From: the human T2T-CHM13v2.0 reference genome, Homo sapiens
Strand: one strand, 5' to 3'
Length of the DNA stretch: 64,000 bases
NCBI RefSeq assembly: GCF_009914755.1
Contig: NC_060932.1
The notes beneath the pieces are model-generated. The model was not told where the DNA came from. It saw nothing but the letters and a program-made list of their open reading frames with translations, and searched no databases. Positions 1 to 14,167 of the stretch are shown here, piece by piece. The stretch's first letter is position 1; each line of letters starts with the position of its first letter. A program made the position numbers and the translations under genes.

Positions 1-855
1 AAGATACGTACAATATGTTTAATATCTTTAATAACTTGTTTCAAATATATTTGAATAGGTATTTTTAGGTACAGAAATACTTCACACAGTTCAAGGTTAG
101 ACTTCTCAGCCTCACCAGGGTCTTTGAGAACTTTGACCCAGAGCCATTCAGTAGCTGAAAGAACAGTTGTGAAACTCATTCATTAAAACTCAATTACATT
201 ATTTTCGAAGACACGTACTCATGTCATGTTGACTCTTACTTTAAATACAGTTCTAGTAATCAGGGTTATCTGATTTCTTAGATGACAGCAAATGTGCCGT
301 ATAGTTAGAGACTGCTCATTAGATGGAAGAGGATTGTTGTACCCAAGCATAAATACTGGCCAGACAGTACTATTGTGGGTGGTAAATCATTAAGCTAGGA
401 TCTAATTATATTCCATAGAGTCTACTTAAGGAACATGGAAAATATGAAATATATTTCTAAATGAATTTTTTATTTTAAATGAGTAAAATAAACATTTGAC
501 CTGGAGAGGTCAACTTTGCTCTTCTAGAAAAAAAAGGTCACACATGTTCAAGACCTCATTCCATAAGCACAACTCAAACATAGTGGGGGCTTTGTTAATA
601 TTTGCTGACTGAAAAGGGGATGCTTTTAATTTCTTCTGGATGTTTTGAATTAACGCCTTTAAATATACACATTAAAATAAGCGAGTTGTTTCCTACTATT
701 TTCAAATTTACACTCTTCATTGTTCGTGCTGTTTCTCTCCAGCTCAGTCCAGGAGGAGGACTAAAGGGGGAACGTGTGTCCCTCTCACTGCACCATTGCC
801 GAGCTTTCTTCTCCAAATGGCACAACAGGCACAGCTCTCTGGTGTAACGCTTTCA

Positions 856-1185
<330 letters not shown>

Positions 1186-2402
1186 TCATTTGGTACATCA
1201 GGGTGCTTCACAGGTTGAGTTTTTCATTCTACTTCTGTCCACTCAGCGTCGTCACTTCTCCAATCTATAGAAGAGAACAAAAGGGTAACAGAGGGAACTA
1301 GTACAGAAAACAAGATGAGTGGGGCAGCAGAGATTAATCTAGATCTGGTCTGCATCTGCCTGACATAAAATCCAGATATCTAAACACAGATCTGCTGAAA
1401 ACGGTGTCTTTTATTTCTACAGTAATTACACTAATTCACCAACGTGCATATCTAGCTCACCCAGACCTTTATTTATCAATTGGAAAACTAGTTTTCAAAT
1501 AGTTTCCCTTTGATAACTCAAAATTCAGTATTTTAGAGAAAGGTCTTCTAACCTTTACTCCACCTTTAATTTTTAAATTCTGATGGATAGGTTATTTAAA
1601 TTATTACTGTTGTTTCTTTCCAAGCATTTTTAGCACCACTTTAAAAAGTAGATATTTATCATTTAAGTCAATATCTACAAAATCCTGTCCCACTTTCATA
1701 CCTTACTCTGTGCCCTTTCACTATGAAACACTATGATAAACTCTCCATTAATAAGACAATATGTTTCAACACACATTATTATAAGAATCTTTATTACCAA
1801 TAGTAGAAATAAGATGCATAAAGGTACACTCAAGGATACTAGAAGAGCTACTGTATAAAATATTAACACTGAACAGGGAAAATAGCCTGAGGAAGGGAAG
1901 GGCGAGTATAGTCAGTATCAATACGTCCAAAAACAAGAAATGTCTAAAGAAAAGCAACAAGTGCGTTATCCGCCAAGAAAAGAAAAAGACAGGCAAAGGC
2001 AATAACGTGGGAAACAAGCTTTGCCAATTTCAGAAACAAGGGTATTTCCTTTCCTGTTGCACAGAGGGGATTCACTGTATATAGCCACAAACGTGTCCCA
2101 TTGAGGAGAAATTTGGCCTTCAAACCAGATGATGCCAGTAATGCCTCCCTTGCTATATGAGATGTGTTTGGCTTTTTCTGTAAACACAACCAGAAAATGT
2201 TCGAGTCAAATCATTATTCATCCAACAGTAAGTTAGGCAGTTACTGTGTGCCCAGTACAGTGGGAACCACACAAATGACTAAGCATAGTTTTTATCAAGA
2301 AACCTAAAATCTAGTAGAGAAGACTGGAAATATAGGGATTAAAAGTAGAAAAAAGAGAGATCCCTGAATTGTCCATAGATGGCTTCACGTTAGAACTGAC
2401 GC

Positions 2403-2700
2403 TTTTTTTTTTTTTTTTTTTTTTTTTTGAGACAGAGTCTCATTCTGTCACCCAGGATGGAGTGCAGTGGTGCATTCTCGGCTCACTGCGACGTCTACCT
2501 CCATATTCCCCTGCCTCAGCCTGCCCAGTAGCTAAGATTAGAGGTACCCACTACCACGTCCAGCTAATTTTTGTATTTTTAGTAGAGATGGAGTTTCGTC
2601 ATGTTGGCCAGGCTGGTCTCGAACTCCTGACCTCACGTGATCCGCTCGCCTCGGCCTCCCAAAGTGCTGGGATTACAGGCATAAGCCACTGCACCCAGCC
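2403..2700 (-). mobile_element. AluS (within an L2 relic)
   Basis: Poly-T followed by reverse-complement Alu. Confidence 0.93.
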
Positions 2701-3405
2701 AGAAGTGGCTTTTGAAAGAGATCTTGAAAGGTTAGTAGAATTCGGATGGGCTGAGAAAATAGGAGGTGGTCCCCAAGAAGTAACTGAAGCAGAGATTGGG
2801 AAATCCTAGGCAAGTCCTGATCCAAAGGACAGGATCCAAAATGACCAGAACATGTGGGACATTTAAAAGGAAAGGCAAGACTTTAAAAGTGTTCTGAGTC
2901 TAGAAATGGGGGACTTTGAATGCCAGAAAAAAAATTATTATGCCAGAAAAAAATTTATTATATGAATTTTAGTAGGGTGCAAATCTGTGGATGTGAGCAG
3001 ACAGTTAGTCGCTTAATCAACATTCTTTCTTTCTTGCTGGAAGAGCCCTAAGTTTGCTCAAAGCCCATCTCCACGAGGCCCTAAAAGAGAGAATCAACAC
3101 TGCCCCAGCTCTGAGTAGGGCTAGGGAAATAAATTATGATTGGTTTAAGCCAACAGGAAAAACCAATGGCAAAAGTGGCTGAGCCTTGATGGAATCCGTG
3201 CGATATCTCAGAGGAGAGGTCTGGTTATCAATTGGAAATAGAGATCTGGAACTCAGGATAGGCTAGAGCTAGAGATCTAGAAAGAATGGAGGTCCTCCAT
3301 GTACAAAAATGTAATTGTTTAAATAATTAGAATGAAAAGACCAACTAGAGAGAGAAGATCCAGTGCAAGGTGGTGGCCGAGAGCACAATCCAGGGAGCAT
3401 CTGAG

Positions 3406-3948
3406 CAGCGGTCCCCAACTTTTTTGGCACCAGGGACAGGTTTCATGGAAGAGGATTTTTCCATGGACCACAGGGGCAGGGGTGGTTTTGAGATGATGCA
3501 AGCACATTACATTTATTGTGTACTTTATTTCTATTATTATTACATTGTAATATATAATGAGATAATCATACAACTCACCATAATGTAGAATCAGTGGGAG
3601 CCCTGAGCTCATTTTCCTGCAACTAAATGGTCCCATCTGGGGGTGACAAGAGACAATGACAGATCATCAGGCATTAGATTCTCATAAGGAGCTCACAACC
3701 TAGATAGCTCACGTGAGCAGTTCACAATAGGGTTCGAGATCCTATGAGAATCTAATGCTGCTGTTGATCTGACAGGAGGCAGAGCTCAGGTGGTAATGTG
3801 AGTGATGGGGAGTGGCTGTAAATACAGATGAAGCATTGCTCACTGGCCTGCCACTCACCACTCACCTCCTGCTGTTCCTGACTGCAGCCCAGTTCCTAAT
3901 AGGCCACAGACCAATACTCATCCATGGCCTGGAGATTGGATACCCCTA
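3406..3948 (-). mobile_element. MER1A-like hAT-Charlie non-autonomous DNA transposon
   Basis: Ends CAGCGGTCCCCAAC...TACCCCT; about 540 bp; 8-bp TSD catctgag/cattagag. Confidence 0.85.
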
Positions 3949-4072
3949 CATTAGAGGATTCTGTAAAGGATGCTGGGAAGGAATGATGGGAAAGCCAGAA
4001 CCAGTAAGGGAGATGCCTCAGTGGTCAGAGAGTTTCCAGAGGTGGGTAATGGTTCCATGTATACAATTCTGA

Positions 4073-4368
4073 GGCGGGGTGTGGTGGCTTATGTCTGTAA
4101 TCCTAGCATTGTGGGAGGCCGAGGCGTGCGGATCACGAGGTCAGGAGATTGAGACCATCCTGGCCAATATGATGAAACCCCATCTCTACTAAAATACAAA
4201 AAAAGTAGCCCAACGTGGTGGCACGTGCCTGTAGTCCCAGCTACTCAGGAGGTTGAGGCAGGGGAATCGCTTGAACCCTGGAGGCAAACGCTGCAGTGAC
4301 TGAGATCATGCCACTGTACTCCAGCCTGGCAACAGAGCAAGACTCCGTCTCAAAAAAAAATAAAAAAA
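4073..4368 (+). mobile_element. AluS (Sc-like)
   Basis: Full Alu with A-tail. Confidence 0.93.
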
Positions 4369-5508
4369 TTCTATAGTATCCATTGAGTTTGTCAAGAAGT
4401 ATCTTTAGCTATCTATGAGCCCTCAAAACAACAAAAGAGGCATATTTTCTCACAATGCTGCTGAAAAGGCTAAGTAAATATTAAAGTTTTACTAGAATCA
4501 TATAAAACCTATGTGGTTACACTGACATTTCACAATGAGCCTATGCTGATTCGCGGTTGACATCACAGGACACTCTGGAATGTGAATGGGGACCGAGTCA
4601 CTGAGCACAGAGTGTCCAGCATACCATGAGTTTTTTGGCCTAGAAACCAACCCAGAATTAAGCAGGCAGAAGCAGTGAACAGTGCATATGTATCTCTATA
4701 TTTGCATATCCTGTATATTTATATATCCTGTATATTTGCATATCCTGATTGTCTTTTAGCATCACCACCATCAGATATCAGGTAAACTTATTATACTTCA
4801 ATGACGGTAAATATTTGGTTAAATATTTGGATCAGAGATGGAATAGAGAAATAATGTTAATAAAAATGGGAAAAACATCATGAGCCCTACTTTTCCCACT
4901 CCTGCAGTTATAGACTCTCAAGACCTTTAACCTACAATCGGCCATGACAGAGACCTGAGTTTGTCCTAAGCAAATATGGTGCCCTCTGTTAGGAACCACA
5001 GCCCGTTCATGGGCAGGATGGGCTCACCATGTCTGGACCTGCCTTGAGTGTCTGCCTTCCACCAGCTGCACTCTCTTGCAGTAATACCTTTGTTTTACAG
5101 GGAGTTTTAATGGTTGGACATGGTTTTCTGCAGGTAAGAGTCCCCCTCTGGTAACAAACCCTGAAGTTTGAAGCCCAGACTATCTGACCTATACCTTGAC
5201 CCCTTCTTGCTTTTTTTTTTTTCTATGTCACTTTCCCCCACCTGCAATACTCTAACTTTGCTCCCTAACCCTTCTCTGACCTTGAGAGCCCCCAAAAAAT
5301 TAGTGTAGACCTCAGCAACCTGAAAAATAGTACCTCTGCACCCAAACTCCTGTTGCTGACTCCCACACGTCCTTAAACAATACGGCAACACCACTCAAAC
5401 CACAGTTTTCCATATTCTTTTGGACGTGTAGGTGGGACTGCTAGTCAACTCTAAAAAGGGCCAACCCTTCTCCCTGGTTAGTTCAAACAATAATAGCAGT
5501 AATAACCG

Positions 5509-5509
5509 T

Positions 5510-5543
<34 letters not shown>
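5509..5543. repeat. (CAT)n microsatellite
   Basis: About 11 CAT units; explains the poly-Met run in ORF 5395-5697. Confidence 0.95.
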
Positions 5544-5544
<1 letters not shown>

Positions 5545-5593
5545 ATTACTATTGTAGTTTGACTTGCACCATGTTCCAGGCACTGCTCTAAGC

Positions 5594-5922
5594 CAGGGGT
5601 CCTCAAGCCCCAGGCTGCAAACCAGTACCAGTCTGTGGCCTGTTAGGAACTGGACCGCACAGCAGGAGGTGAGCAGCAGGCAAGAGAGCATGACCACGTG
5701 AGCTCTGCCTCCTGTCAGATCTGCGGTGGCATTAGATTCTCATAGGAGCACGAACCCTATCATGAATTGCACATGCATGGGATCTAGGTTGTAGGCTGTT
5801 TATGAGAATCTAACTAATGCCTAATAATCTGAGGTAGAAGATTTCATCCCCCACCCCCTGCCCGTGGAAAAACTGTTTTCCACGAAACCAGTCCCTGGTG
5901 CCAAGAAGATTGGGAACCGCTG
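5594..5922 (+). mobile_element. MER1B-like hAT element inserted in a MIR
   Basis: CAGGGGTCC...GAACCGCTG ends; perfect 8-bp TSD CTCTAAGC; MIR core (gaaactgaggct...cccaaggtcatacagctagtaag) resumes at about 5960. Confidence 0.88.
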
Positions 5923-7519
5923 CTCTAAGCCATAAATATATACTTGCCACAACCCTATAGAGAAACTGAGGCTTAAAGAGGTTATAGAACATTCCCAAGG
6001 TCATACAGCTAGTAAGCCATGACGTCAGGATTCAAACTCAGGCCAACCTTTCCCATGGACACAACTCTGGGGTTCCCATACCTTACAGTCTGAGATAAAA
6101 GAGGTAACTAATAATATTTTTCAAAACATCCTATTTACAGGGCAGAAATAATAAAAATAGGTTCTTGGTAGGAAAGAATAATAGGAGGAAAATAGGAGGA
6201 AACCACTGATCTCTAATATTTCCTCTAAGAACAAGATAAATTCAGAATTGGGATTTGCCCACCCAACTCCCAGTCCAGTGATCCTTTGCTGTGCTACGTG
6301 TGGTCAGAAGGGTGAGGAAGTATCACAATGGAAAGGCCAACAAGATGGCGATGAATGCATATACTCCTTCAGTCATTTGCTTCATTCTTTACTCATATCA
6401 TACCATGTTTTGTACTCTCATTGGGGTGATAATTAGTGCCATCTGTGTACTCTCATTTTATTAAGCCAATAACTAGAGTCATATCAACAGTGTTCACAGA
6501 ACTAAAATAAGGAAGCTCTTTGTGTGTTTGTTTCTTTTCCCTCTCACAGAACAGATACTTCTCCTTCCTACTTTTTTTTTCTTTTTTACTAGCATCTTGG
6601 AAGACAACCAGTCCCAGGACCTATAAACAGTGCTTCCCTTCAGACACAGCTTTTATCTTGATTGGGCAGAGAAAGACAGACTGTTCCCTTGCTGATAAAG
6701 GGCTTTTTGAAGACTTTTACATAACTTCTGCAATTCACTGGAAAATAACACCCAGGAAAAGGCTGGGTGTTGGGGGTGGATAATAAACTTTTACTGCTAT
6801 ATGAAAAGTTACATTTTTCAGAGTAATATGGTGATTACAGATAAAATAACAAAATAAATTTTAATAACACCACATTGCCGAGTCATCAAAGAATTGGGCA
6901 CTGGTCCAGTAACTTCTGGGAGAATTTGCACCTGTTGCCTCTTTCCCCAAGGATGGAGGAGGTTGCTGAAACCACCTCCTCCTGGGAGGGCTACCTGAAG
7001 CTCCAGTAAGCATTAGCACTGGCTAGGTCATCGTCTCTTCCAGTTCTGCCACCAACGAACTCATTCCAAGAAAATGTGGGAAATAATGCCTTATCTTGAA
7101 GTAAGTCAGAAGCTGTCACACTTACAAAGAAAAATGTTTTCTGGTCAGGGTTCCCTGTGGGCATGTCCTTGCAGATGCCTTGATGCGGCTCTGAATTTCT
7201 AGTTACAATTAACTGGCAATGAACTGAAGCTATGCTAGTTTAGATTAGGGGTTTTGAAAAGTCTACTTGTATAATAATAGCATACCTAGTCTTAGCTTTT
7301 AGGTTTTCTTTCTTCAAAGGGAACATTCAGAGCCAGATAGAGGCAGAGGTCTGCCAGGCAGCTTCTTAGAGCAACAATCTATAAGAGGAAACTATAAGGG
7401 GGAACTCACATAACGCTAAAATAAATTGGAAATACAGCCCCACTTATCCCGAGTAAAATGTAATTGTCTCACTACTCTTGAAACAGGCATTTCGGAGTTG
7501 GAAGACAAACACCACCCCA

Positions 7520-7577
7520 CCACACAAACACACACACACATGCACGCACACAGTCACACACATACACACACACACAC
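7520..7577. repeat. Imperfect (CA)n microsatellite
   Basis: Read directly. Confidence 0.9.
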
Positions 7578-8128
7578 TCTGTTGAATATTTTGGCAATGT
7601 ATACATGCTAAATAGTAATTTGCTGCCTTCAACTGAAATTCTAAAACCAAATAATACATGGCATAATACTTACAGAAGTGAGTGAATCTTTTATTATCCA
7701 AAATGTTAAACCCTTTAATATACCTCCCAAGGTGTTGTCTGGTTCAGAAACTCACAAAAGGAAATGGAAGGGCAAACTAGAACTGCTGAAAAAGTGGAAA
7801 ACAAATTTAAACAAATTCATCATCAGCCAATGAAGTAAATTAAGTGACTCTAACTCTATGTAATGTTCATTACTACAAAATACTTTCCCACTCCTACTAA
7901 ATAAATGTTAAGTAATTACTTAAATGATATAAATTATGTTATATTACTAGCTTGCTTGGAGTGCTCACATGAAAGTCTTAATTACTCATACTTTCTCACC
8001 ACCACAAAAGAAAGAAAGAAATAAGTTGCGGGGGTGTAGGGGTTAAGAAAGGAGGAAGAAAGAAAAGGACGGAGGGAGACAGGGAAGAAAATAATTGATT
8101 TCTGCCATTTTGGAAAACAGAGTGGTAG

Positions 8129-8461
<333 letters not shown>

Positions 8462-8568
8462 GTTAAACACATATCAGCCATATGATCCAGCCATTCTACT
8501 CCCAGATATTTATCTAAGAGAAAGGGAAATACATTTCAATATAAAAATCTAAACACAAATGTTCATTG

Positions 8569-9080
8569 TGAGGTAAGAGGAAGGACTTGACTCAGGAGGT
8601 AGGACTTGACTACAGAGATAGGGCTTGGACACTGGACTGAGTTGAGGACTAGCTAAAACACAGAATGAGGCAGAAGCAGCTTTCCATTAGACACACCCAC
8701 TACTGTGTTATGTCAGTTTACCACTGTCATGGCAACACCTGGAAGTTACCACTCCCTTCCATGGCAACAATCCAATGGCCCAGAAGTTACCACCCATTTT
8801 CTAAAGATTGCTGCATAATGCATCCTTCAATTTGCATGTCATTAAAAGTGGGTATAAATGTCAGTGCAGACCTGCCTCTGGGCTGCTACTCTGGTCACAC
8901 TGCCTATGGGGTATCCCTGCTCCACAAGGAGCTGTACATTTGCCACTGCTGTACACTGCCATTTCAATAAAAGTTGCTGTCTAACACCACTGCCTTACTC
9001 ACTCTTGAATACTTTCCTGGGTGAAGCCAAGAACACTCCTGCGCTAAGCCCCAGTGTTGGGATTTGCCTGCCCTGCATCA
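8569..9080 (+). mobile_element. ERV1-class solo LTR (MER66/MER41 group)
   Basis: TG...CA ends; catggcaacacctggaagttacc motif; TATAAA at about 8854 and AATAAA at about 8966. Confidence 0.75.
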
Positions 9081-9769
9081 TGAGCAGTATTATCTGTAAC
9101 AGGCAAAAACTGTAAACAACCCAAATGTCCTTAGCAGGTAAATAAAGAAATTGTGGCATATAATAAAATGGGATACTGCTCAATCAGAAAATGGAATTAA
9201 CTACTCAGACGCTCACCAACGAGGATAGGTCTCAAAATCATTATGCTGAGAAAAATAAACATACCAAAAAAGTCACATATTGTATGATTTCATTTATACA
9301 AAATTCTAAAAAATGCAAACTAACATAGCGACAGAAAGGAGATCAGTGGTTACTTGGGTATGGGGTATGTAAGAAGGCGTGGAAGGAAAGAATTACCAAG
9401 GGGTACTGGAAAACTTTTAGGGGGGATGGATATATTCACAATCTTGATTGTGGTGATGGTTTCACGGGGGTATACATATGTCGAAGCTTAGCAACTTGCG
9501 TATGCTAAAGTGTGCCAATTTTTTGTATGTTAATTATACCTCTCTACAACTACTTTAAAATTAATTTTTAAATTTAAAAAACAGGCCTCTGCATTTGAAA
9601 GAACATGTTCTCTATCTTGCTTTCAGTAAAAATCAGGAAGAACCTTTGGAGACTAAATTAAGTGATCCTGATTTTTTTGTTCAATGACTAAAACAGTGGT
9701 TCTCCAAATTTAGTATGCATGAGTGTATCTGAGATGCTAATTTGAAATGCAGTTTCCAGGGTTTTATAT

Positions 9770-10821
9770 AGAGGTATGCTAGAAAATATTACTGATAAGA
9801 GAATGTGTAGGACCTAATTTACAAGTAATAATACATCCAATATTCTTTATTGTAAATGTAATAAATCTTACAAAATGCTTTTGTTGGCTTTTGCTAAACT
9901 CTTGTATCTGCAGTCAGCCTATGGCTGCAAGAGATGAACAAGTATAGTTCCAATTGAATGTTGGGTAATAATTTTGTTTACTCAGATGAAAGGATTACTT
10001 GAGGCCAGGAGTTCAAGATCAGCCTAAGCAACGTAGCGAGGCCCTGTCTCTAAAAAACTTTTTTTTTAAATTTCTCCAGGCACCATGGAATATACTTGTA
10101 GTCCCAGCTACTCAGGAGGCTGAGGCAGCAGGAGTGCTACAGTCCAGGAGCTTGAGAATACTAAGTTCATACTGCTGCACTCTAGCCTGGATGACAGAGC
10201 AAGACCTTGTCTCTTAAATCATAATAATAATTTTGTTTACATTAATGAGTAAAAATGAAGCATCATTTCTTAATCTCACATGACTTATTAATGATGTGAG
10301 AGACTTCTTTGATGAACTGGAAGATAGTTTTTGAAGACTGGGACAATAATTTCCTTAAGTTTATACTATTTATCATGTAACAACCACAGGCATGACACAC
10401 TTTAAGTTTAATCTACATTATTAACATTTATTCCATCATTGTCTACATAACCAACAAAACAATAAATCAAGCCTGGTTGTATTTGACAAATGCCATGGTG
10501 TAAATATTCCCACATGGCCAATTTCAAGCTACCAGTGCATGTGAAGTTGGGAAGAGATGTACAGTAGCACACCAGTATCAGTATCTCCACCACACAGAAG
10601 TAATAGACATAACCTCAAAAGCACAGATAATAGCAACGTGTAGTAAAGTCAATAGGAAGTGATGAGTTTTGTATACTTATTATGCTTGTTTTTAACATAA
10701 TTTATGTAACTGTGAGCTTCTACAATTTAATTTGTAATGATTTTTAGTAATGAGCTCATAAAATTCTTGAAATTTAATAGTTGGCTCTCAGGAACTGAAA
10801 TAAGTTGGCTCTAACACACTG
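9770..10821 (-). mobile_element. MER63 (hAT-Blackjack) DNA transposon
   Basis: tggtgtaaatattcccacatggccaatttcaagctacca and terminal ggctctaacacactg match the MER63 reverse strand. Confidence 0.7.
9985..10217 (+). mobile_element. Partial AluJ
   Basis: 5'-truncated, diverged Alu. Confidence 0.85.
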
Positions 10822-10956
10822 CTGGCTTCAGCTCAGCCCTAAGAAATGAGGTCCTTTGGGGATGGGGCTCAGGAACCTGCATTTCTAATATTGTCTAAGA
10901 TGATTCTGATACACGATACTGGTGGAGAATCTAATTGCAATTTTCTTTTTAGCTAG

Positions 10957-11314
10957 TGTTATGATCTGAACATTTGTATTTCCCCAAAAATCCTGTATTG
11001 AAACATGATCCCAAGTGTGATGGCATTAAGAGATGTGGCACCCAAAGGGAGGGTGATTAGGTCACGAGGGCAGGGCCCTCATGGATGAATAAAATTAGTG
11101 CCTTTACAAAAGAGGTCAAGGGAGCTTGTTTACCCCTTTCCCCATGCGAGGACACCTCTAGAAGGTACCATCTATGAACCAAAAAGCAGGCCCTCACCAG
11201 ACACCAAATCTGCTGACACTTGCGTCTTGTAGTTCTCAGCGGCCAGAGTTGTGAGAAATAAGTTTGTGTTGTTTGTAAGCCACATTCTTATAGCAGCCTG
11301 AACAGTCTAAGACA
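10957..11314 (+). mobile_element. MLT1A-type MaLR solo LTR
   Basis: tgttatgatctgaa...gattaggtcacgagggcagggccctcatg...ttatagcagcctgaacagtctaagaca. Confidence 0.8.
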
Positions 11315-12164
11315 GTTAGTACATAGGTGTTCTTCAGAGCCAACATGTTATGGGGAAAGAATACAGGATTAAGCATTAGGAACACTAACGTTCTCGCTCC
11401 AGTTCTTCCACTTAATTATATGGCCTTGGGCAAGTCACTAACTTCTTAGTTTCCTAATCTAATAAGGAGGGAGTAGGACCCAAGAAAAGTTTAGTAGATG
11501 TAATTTTAAAAGATTTACTTATATACTGAAGTATTTATAGGTGTAATGACCTGGTACCTGTTATTTGGTATCTATTTCCTTAGAATGCTTTGGGAAACAA
11601 AAGGAAAAAAAAGGTGGGCTAGAGATAAGCAAAAAGATTGGCGAAATGTTTTGATAATGAGAACATGGGTTCTATTATACCATTCCCTTTACTTTTGATG
11701 TTTAAAATTTCTCCATAATAACAATTTCCTAAGAAGTCACTAATAAATAATCCAGATTCTTTTTATCTTTAAAAGTATGTTTCACATCATCCTTGGATTT
11801 ATAATTTTTTTAATCGGACAGGGGTCAGGACTTAGCGCCTTCTATGTGTTTGTTGCTGAGCAATCTGAATCTACTTGTTCTGAAATTCCCAGAACAAATT
11901 AATGGCTGAGCCAGGATTCTAACAACTACCTTCTGAGTTCCAAATCCCACCGCCATTTCGGTTACACCAAGCAACATGAGGGTGCTGCTGTCCCAGTGCA
12001 GTGTCAAATGGGAGCAGGGAGATGAGAAAGAGGGTGGAAATGGGGAAATTTGAGGCAAAGCTTCCGTATCAAGCATCAATATTTATTTAAAGTACATTCT
12101 GCTTCTAATTACAATCAAAACCAGGGGCAAACATTGCTGTGGGCAATTAAAACACCAGTCACTG

Positions 12165-12291
12165 CAGCTACTCGGGAGGCTGGGGCAGAAGAATGGCATG
12201 AACCCGGGAGGCGGAGCTTGCAGTGAGCCAAGATCACGCCACTGCACTCCAGCCTGGGCGACAGAGCAAGACTCCATCTCAAAAAAAAAAA
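12165..12291 (+). mobile_element. 5'-truncated AluY-like right arm
   Basis: gaatggcatgaacccgggaggcggagcttgcagtgagc plus A-tail. Confidence 0.88.
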
Positions 12292-12714
12292 GCCAGCCAC
12301 AAATTATCCTCTAAGATTCTGGGCTGTTGAGAAACTGCTTCTATCACTCCCATTTCTACCTATCATTTCAGAATGAAACGGGAAGAAAGGTGAAATAATG
12401 CAAGTCAACACAGTACTATATTTTCTTTATTTCAACTAGGCTGGCGCCTGATACAGTTTAGGAAACAGTAAGCGCTCAATAAATGTATTTGGCTGAATCT
12501 AGGTAACCCTAAACATTTTCAGCATTTCATGTGATACATGCTTTTTGAGTACCTATCATGTGCTAGACAACATTTAGAACTTTGATACTGTGGACTAATT
12601 TAGTAATTTTTATGTATCTCATTATTAATAAGTGACTATTTCAATACTACCAAAAAATTTTAGTCCTCTCCTATATAAATTCCATAGAAAAAATTAACTC
12701 TATCAGCTTCAATT

Positions 12715-13062
12715 ACATGACAGATTGTTAGAACAATTTTTAAAAAGCAAGAACCAATTTTATGCTGTCTACAGGAAACTAACTTTAAAGACATTGGTTA
12801 AAAATACAAGGGTAGAAAAAGATATAAGATGCAAACTCAAACTAAAAAAAAGTGAGAGTGGCCATACTAACAGCAGACGAAGTAGGCTTCAGAACAAGGA
12901 ATATTACCAGGGATTCAGAGGGGTATTACGTAATGCTAAAGGATCAATTTGCCAAGAAGACGTAACAATCCTAAACGTGCATGCATCAAACAACAGAACT
13001 TCAAAGTACATGAAGCAGAAACTAATACAACTGAAAGGTAAAACAGAAAAATCCACATTCCT
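12715..13062 (+). mobile_element. L1 ORF2 endonuclease-domain relic
   Basis: KGSICQEDVTILNVHASNNRTSKYMKQKLIQLKG resembles the L1 EN; frameshifted. Confidence 0.85.
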
Positions 13063-13727
13063 AGAGCTCAACACAAAGTCTGGGAGCTAAACCCGAGACT
13101 CTCACATTAAGCTGGGTCTTTTGAAGCAGTCTAAAGTGGTTCCAGACTAGCAGCTCCCACTGGCACACATCAGAAAGTAAAACAAATTCTTTCTGAGGAA
13201 AGCTTCCATGATTTAGGACCTCAGGATTCCAACTGATTAAAGTCAATCAAATATAAGTTCATGGTGCAAAGTCATCAAACATATGAGGAAATAGGCCAGC
13301 ATGAAAAAAAGTCCAGGAAAAAATAACTTATAACCCAAAGAACTGAATTTAATATTGGAATTATCAGATATAGAATACAAAATAAATCTGTATGAAGAAG
13401 AAAAAAGATTGTATAAAAGACAGACAAAACTGAGCATTGCACAAGCAATAAAACATATCATAAATGAGCCAATAATTTATTTTAAATGAATTGATTTTGA
13501 AAATATAATCAATTGGCTTTAAAGGCTCAATGGATGGGCAAAATGCCAATTTAGATATAGCTAAAGAGAGAATTAGCACATATGAGGATAGAGTAGAAGT
13601 TGCTGCAAGGAAAAAAAGGGAAATAAAGAATATGCCATGTATCAAGGGTCATGAATTAAAATAAACCTAACTCCAGATACAGTTCAGTGAAACTGAACAG
13701 GAAAGATAAAAAAAGATCTTAAATGCT

Positions 13728-13857
13728 GAGGTAACCATATTATTTATTCTCCAAACTAGAACTTTTTTTGGAGTCAATGAGGGCATTCTTAATAGATGTT
13801 CTAAGAAAACAGACTTAAAACAGCTGTCGTAGGCAAACTCACATACCAGGTCATCCT
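13728..13857. mobile_element. MER94-like hAT MITE
   Basis: gaggtaaccatat...ctccaaactag...ggtcatcct ends. Confidence 0.5.
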
Positions 13858-13874
13858 ATTAAAGCACCCAGTAA

Positions 13875-14167
13875 AGCCGGGCAGAGTGGCTCATGCCTGT
13901 AATTCCAGCACTTTGGGGGCTGAGCTGGTGGATCACTTGAGGTCAGGAGTTTGAGATCAGCCTGGCCAACATGGTGAAACCCCGTCCGTCTCTACAAAAA
14001 ATATAAAAAATTAGCCAGATGTGGTGATATGTGCCTGTAATCCCAGCTACTTGAGAGGCTAAGACAGGACAATTGCTTGAACCTAGGGAGGGTGGAGGTT
14101 GCAGTGAGCCAAGATCATGCCACTGCACTCCAGCCTGGGTGACAGAGCAAGATCCATCTCAAAAAAA
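13875..14167 (+). mobile_element. AluS
   Basis: Full Alu; TSD aaagcacccagt. Confidence 0.93.

Larger units (their letters stand above)
9694..10930. mobile_element. MER5A-like element split by MER63
   Basis: cagtggttctccaaa... at the left; ggggctcaggaacctgcatttctaa...gatgattctgat at the right. Confidence 0.6.

Noticed and set aside
1786-2085. About 100-codon Lys-rich stop-free frame on the + strand
   Set aside because: No ATG, no recognisable homology and no clear splice sites; compatible with chance in A-rich DNA
5395-5697. ORF with a poly-Met run
   Set aside because: It is the antisense reading of a (CAT)n microsatellite plus MER1B
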